Of a stretch of DNA of 64,000 nt, positions 57,340 through 64,000 are shown one piece after another. Source of the stretch: Eledone cirrhosa (lineage: Eukaryota); the NCBI GenBank assembly GCA_964016885.1, contig OZ024741.1:258788001-258852000 (forward strand). Direction: 5' to 3'. A program made the position numbers and the translations under genes. Numbering within the stretch: position 1 is the stretch's first letter; each line of letters opens with the position of its first letter. The notes below the pieces were generated by a model. That model was not told the DNA's origin, ran no database searches, and worked only from the letters and a program-made list of their open reading frames with translations.

Positions 57340-60300
57340 ACCATGTCCCACCACACTATATACACCTAATAAACTAACCATGTCCCACCACACTATATAC
57401 ACCTACTATACTAACCATGTCTCACCACAGTATATACACCTAGTACAGTAACCATGTCCCACCAAACTATATACACCTAGTACACTAACCATGTCCCACC
57501 ACACTATATACACCTAATACACTAACCATGTCGCACCACCCTATATACACCTAGTACACTAACCATGTCACACAACGCTATATAGATCTAATACACTAAC
57601 CATGTACCACCACACTATATAAACCTAGTACACTAACCATGTCCCACCAGACTATATACACCAAATACACTAACCATGTCCCCTCACACTATATACACCA
57701 AATACACTAACCATGTCCCCTCACACTATATACACCTAGTACACTAACCATGTCCTGTCACACTATATACACCTAGTACAATAACCATGTCCCATCAAAC
57801 TATATACACCTAGTACACAAACTATGTCCAAAAAAGCTATACACATCTAGTACACTAACTATGTCAAACGACACTATCTACAACAAATAAACTAACCATG
57901 TCCCACCGCATTATATACACCTAGTACACTAACCATGTCCCACCACACTATATACACCTAGTACACTAACCATGTCCCACCATACTATATACACCAAATA
58001 AACTAACCATGTCCCCTCACAATATATACACCTAGTACACTAACTATGTCGCACGACACTATATATCCCTAGTCCACTAACCATGTCCCATCACACTATA
58101 TACACCTAACACACTAATCATGTCCCACCATACTATATACACCAAATACACTAACCATGTCCCCTCACGCTATATACACCTAGTACACTACCTATGTCGC
58201 ACGACACTATATATCGCTAGTTCACTAACAATGTCCCACCCCACTATATACAGCTAGTACACTTACCATGTCCCCACACAATATATACACCAAATATACT
58301 AACGATGTCCTACGACACTATAAACTCCTACTACACTAACCATGTCCCACCACACTATATACACCTAATACACTAACCATGTCCCACCACACTATATACA
58401 CCTAATACACTAACTATGTCCCACAACAATATATACACCAAATACACTAACCATGTCCCACCTCACTATATAAACCAAATACACTAACCATTTCCCGTCA
58501 CACTATATACACCTAATACACTCCCCATGTGGAACCGCACTACATACAACAAATACACTAACCATGTCCCACCGCACTATACACACCAAACACACCATGT
58601 CCCATGACAATATATACCCCTAATGCACTAACCATGTCCTCTCACACTATATACACTAAATACACTAACCATGTCCCACCACACTATATAGACCAAATAC
58701 ACTAACCATTTCCCACCACACTATATACACTAAATACACTAACCATGTCCCACCACACTATATACACCAAATACACTAACCATGTCCCACCACACTATAT
58801 ACACCTAATACACTAACCATGTCCCACCACACTATATACACCTAGTACACTTAACATGTGCCATCACACGATATACACCTAGTACACTAACCATGTCCCA
58901 CCACACTATATACACCTAGTACATTAACCATGTCCCACCACACTATATACACCTAGTACACTAACAATGTCCCACAACACTATATACACCAAATACATTA
59001 ACCATGTCCCACCACACTATATACACCAAATACACTAACCATGTCCCGACACATTATATACACCCAGTACACTCCCCATGTTGCACCACACTCTATACAA
59101 CAAATACACTAACCATGTCCCTCCACACTATATATACCTAGTACACTAACCATGTCCCACGGCACTATATACACCAATTACACTAATCATGTCCCACGAC
59201 ACTATATACCCCTAATACACTAACCATGACCCATCACACTATATACACCTAGTACAGTAACCATGTCCCAACACACTATATACACATAATAAACTAACCA
59301 TGTCCCACCACAGTATATACACCAAATACACTAACCATGTCCCATCACACTATATACACCAAATACACTAACTATGTCCCACCACACTATATACACCTAA
59401 TACACTAACCATGTCCCACCACACTATATACACCTAGTACACTAACTATTTCCCACGACACTATATACACCTAGTACACTAACTATGTCCCACCACACTA
59501 TATACACCTAGTACACTAACCATGTCCAACCACACTATATACACCTAATACACTAACCATGTCCCACCACACTATATAACCAAATACACTAACCCTATCC
59601 CATCACACTATATACACCAACCATGTCCCACCACACTATATACACCTAGTAGACTAACTATGTCCCACCACACTATATGCACCAAATACACTCACCATGT
59701 CCAACCACACTATATACACCTAATACACTAACCATGTCCCACCACACTATATAACCAAATACACTAACCCTATCCCATCACACTATATACACCAACCATG
59801 TCCCACCACACTATATACACCAAATACACTAACCATATCACACCACACTATATACACCTAATACACTAAACATGTCCCACCACACTATATACACCTAGTA
59901 CACTAACTATGTCCCACCACACTATATATACCAAATACAATAACCATGTCCCACCACAATATATACACCTAATACACTAACCATGCCCCACCACACTATA
60001 TACACCTAATACACTAACCATGTCCCATCATACAATATACACCTAATACACTAACCATGTCCCACCACACTATATAAACCTAGTACACTAACCATGTCCC
60101 ATCACACTATATACACTTGGTACACTAACCATGTCCCACCACACTATATACACCAAATGCATTAACCACGCCCAACCACACTATATACACCTAGTACACT
60201 AACCATGTCCCACCACAGTATATACACCAAATACACTAACCATGTCCAATCACACTATATACACCTAATACACTAACCATGTCCCACCACACTATATACA

Positions 60301-63300
60301 CCTAATACACTAACCATGTCCAATCACACTATATACATCTAATACACTAACCATGTCCCACCACACTATATACACCTAATACACTAACTATGTCCCACCA
60401 CACTATATACACCAAATGCATTAACCATACCCGACCACACTATATCCACGTAGTACAGTAACTATGTCCCACCACACTATATACACCAAATACACTAACC
60501 ATGTCCCACCACACTATATACACCTAATATACTAACCATGTCCGACCACATTATATACATCTAATACACCAACCATGTCCCATGTCACTATATACACCTA
60601 GTACACTAACTATTTCCCACGACACTATATACACCTTGTACACTAACTATGTCCCACCACTCTATATGCACCAAATACACTAACCATGTCCCATCACACT
60701 ATATACACCTAGTACACTAACCATGTCCCACCACACTATATCCGCCAAATACACTAACCATGTCCCATCACACTATATACACCTAGTACACTAACCATGT
60801 CCCACCACACTATATACACCTAATACACTAACCTTGTCCCACCACACTATATACACTTAATAAAACTACCCATGTCCTACCACACTATTTACTCCTAGTA
60901 AACTAACCATGTCCCACCACACTATATACAACAAATACATTAACCATGTCCCCCCACACTATATACACCTAGTACACTAACCATGTCCCACCACACTATA
61001 TACACATAATACACTAACCATGTCCCACCACACTATATACACCAAATGCATTAACCATACCCGACCACACTATATCCACCTAGTACACTAACTATGTCCC
61101 ACCACACTCTATACACCAAATGCATTAACCATACCCGACCACACTATATCCACCTAGTACACTAACTATGTCCCACCACACTATATACACCAAATACACT
61201 AACCATGTCCCACCACACTATATACACCTAAGATACTAAACATGTCCCACCACACTATATACACCAAATACACTAACCATGTCCCACCACACTATCTACT
61301 CCTAGTACAGTAACTATGTGCCACCACACTATATACACTTAATACACTACCCATGTCCTACCACACTATCTACTCCTAGTAAACTAACCATGTCCCACCA
61401 CACTATATACAACAAATACACTAACCATGTCCCACCACACTATATACACCTAGTATAGTAACCATGTCCCACCACACTATATACACCAACCATGTCCCAA
61501 CACACTATATACACATAGTACATTAACCTTGTGCAACAACACTATATACACCAAATACACTCACCATGTCCCACCACACTATATACACCTAATAAACTAA
61601 CCATGTCCCACCACACTATATACACCTACTATACTAACCATGTCTCACCACAGTATATACACCTAGTACAGTAACCATGTCCCACCAAACTATATACACC
61701 TAGTACACTAACCATGTCCCACCACACTATATACACCTAATACACTAACCATGTCGCACCACCCTATATACACCTAGTACACTAACCATGTCACACAACG
61801 CTATATAGATCTAATACACTAACCATGTACCACCACACTATATAAACCTAGTACACTAACCATGTCCCACCAGACTATATACACCAAATACACTAACCAT
61901 GTCCCCTCACACTATATACACCAAATACACTAACCATGTCCCCTCACACTATATACACCTAGTACACTAACCATGTCCTGTCACACTATATACACCTAGT
62001 ACAATAACCATGTCCCATCAAACTATATACACCTAGTACACAAACTATGTCCAAAAAAGCTATACACATCTAGTACACTAACTATGTCAAACGACACTAT
62101 CTACAACAAATAAACTAACCATGTCCCACCGCATTATATACACCTAGTACACTAACCATGTCCCACCACACTATATACACCTAGTACACTAACCATGTCC
62201 CACCATACTATATACACCAAATAAACTAACCATGTCCCCTCACAATATATACACCTAGTACACTAACTATGTCGCACGACACTATATATCCCTAGTCCAC
62301 TAACCATGTCCCATCACACTATATACACCTAACACACTAATCATGTCCCACCATACTATATACACCAAATACACTAACCATGTCCCCTCACGCTATATAC
62401 ACCTAGTACACTACCTATGTCGCACGACACTATATATCGCTAGTTCACTAACAATGTCCCACCCCACTATATACAGCTAGTACACTTACCATGTCCCCAC
62501 ACAATATATACACCAAATATACTAACGATGTCCTACGACACTATAAACTCCTACTACACTAACCATGTCCCACCACACTATATACACCTAATACACTAAC
62601 CATGTCCCACCACACTATATACACCTAATACACTAACTATGTCCCACAACAATATATACACCAAATACACTAACCATGTCCCACCTCACTATATAAACCA
62701 AATACACTAACCATTTCCCGTCACACTATATACACCTAATACACTCCCCATGTGGAACCGCACTACATACAACAAATACACTAACCATGTCCCACCGCAC
62801 TATACACACCAAACACACCATGTCCCATGACAATATATACCCCTAATGCACTAACCATGTCCTCTCACACTATATACACTAAATACACTAACCATGTCCC
62901 ACCACACTATATAGACCAAATACACTAACCATTTCCCACCACACTATATACACTAAATACACTAACCATGTCCCACCACACTATATACACCAAATACACT
63001 AACCATGTCCCACCACACTATATACACCTAATACACTAACCATGTCCCACCACACTATATACACCTAGTACACTTAACATGTGCCATCACACGATATACA
63101 CCTAGTACACTAACCATGTCCCACCACACTATATACACCTAGTACATTAACCATGTCCCACCACACTATATACACCTAGTACACTAACAATGTCCCACAA
63201 CACTATATACACCAAATACATTAACCATGTCCCACCACACTATATACACCAAATACACTAACCATGTCCCGACACATTATATACACCCAGTACACTCCCC

Positions 63301-64000
63301 ATGTTGCACCACACTCTATACAACAAATACACTAACCATGTCCCTCCACACTATATATACCTAGTACACTAACCATGTCCCACGGCACTATATACACCAA
63401 TTACACTAATCATGTCCCACGACACTATATACCCCTAATACACTAACCATGACCCATCACACTATATACACCTAGTACAGTAACCATGTCCCAACACACT
63501 ATATACACATAATAAACTAACCATGTCCCACCACAGTATATACACCAAATACACTAACCATGTCCCATCACACTATATACACCAAATACACTAACTATGT
63601 CCCACCACACTATATACACCTAATACACTAACCATGTCCCACCACACTATATACACCTAGTACACTAACTATTTCCCACGACACTATATACACCTAGTAC
63701 ACTAACTATGTCCCACCACACTATATACACCTAGTACACTAACCATGTCCAACCACACTATATACACCTAATACACTAACCATGTCCCACCACACTATAT
63801 AACCAAATACACTAACCCTATCCCATCACACTATATACACCAACCATGTCCCACCACACTATATACACCTAGTAGACTAACTATGTCCCACCACACTATA
63901 TGCACCAAATACACTCACCATGTCCAACCACACTATATACACCTAATACACTAACCATGTCCCACCACACTATATAACCAAATACACTAACCCTATCCCA
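57340..64000. repeat. 4223-bp higher-order duplication inside satellite C (57340-59777 repeated at 61563-64000)
   Basis: Rare variants recur at a constant offset of 4223: AATAAACTAA 57368/61591, CCAAAAAAGC 57828/62051, GGAACCG 58531/62754, and the window end 59777/64000. Confidence 0.92.

Larger units (their letters stand above)
56620..64000. repeat. Satellite C: CA-rich 37-bp tandem array (ACTAACCATGTCCCACCACACTATATACACC[TAG/AAA/TAA]TAC), about 200 copies, runs off the window end
   Basis: Period 37 (ACTAACC at 57484 and 57521). There are three common variants at one site (CCTAGT/CCAAAT/CCTAAT), and G is scarce on the + strand. Confidence 0.98.

Noticed and set aside
56653-64000. CRISPR array (37-bp repeat length)
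   Set aside because: The monomers are head-to-tail with no unique spacers, and there is no leader or cas gene. The same applies to satellite A and the Helitron minisatellite.

Overview
This is a gene-free, eukaryote-type heterochromatic window made almost entirely of three unrelated tandem satellites. (1) 1-44332 is a GT-rich satellite with a fixed 24-nt core (GCTGTTTTCT[C/G]TGTCAGTGCCAGT) plus a variable (GTT/GTA)3-6 tract, giving 33-42 bp monomers with nested kb-scale higher-order duplications. All the giant ORFs in the track come from this repeat and are not supported as genes. (2) After a 200-N scaffold gap (44333-44532) comes a degenerate 11-bp satellite (TTAGCTTAGAT)n at 44533-56618. 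(3) 56620-64000 is a CA-rich 37-bp satellite with a 4223-bp higher-order duplication. The only complex sequence is a 1232-bp non-autonomous Helitron on the minus strand (49534-50765). It has 5'-TC and hairpin-CTAG-3' ends, an A|T insertion site with no TSD, and a matching empty site in a paralogous satellite copy at 46568|46569. It also carries a tandemly duplicated 220-bp 5' end and an internal 37-bp minisatellite. The 37-bp satellite begins with exactly one inverted monomer that forms a 29-bp-arm foldback hairpin. I find no protein-coding gene, RNA gene or CRISPR array, and no evidence of a new enzymatic system. The best leads concern how rolling-circle elements and template switching seed and remodel satellites. 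All alignments and offsets were read by eye.
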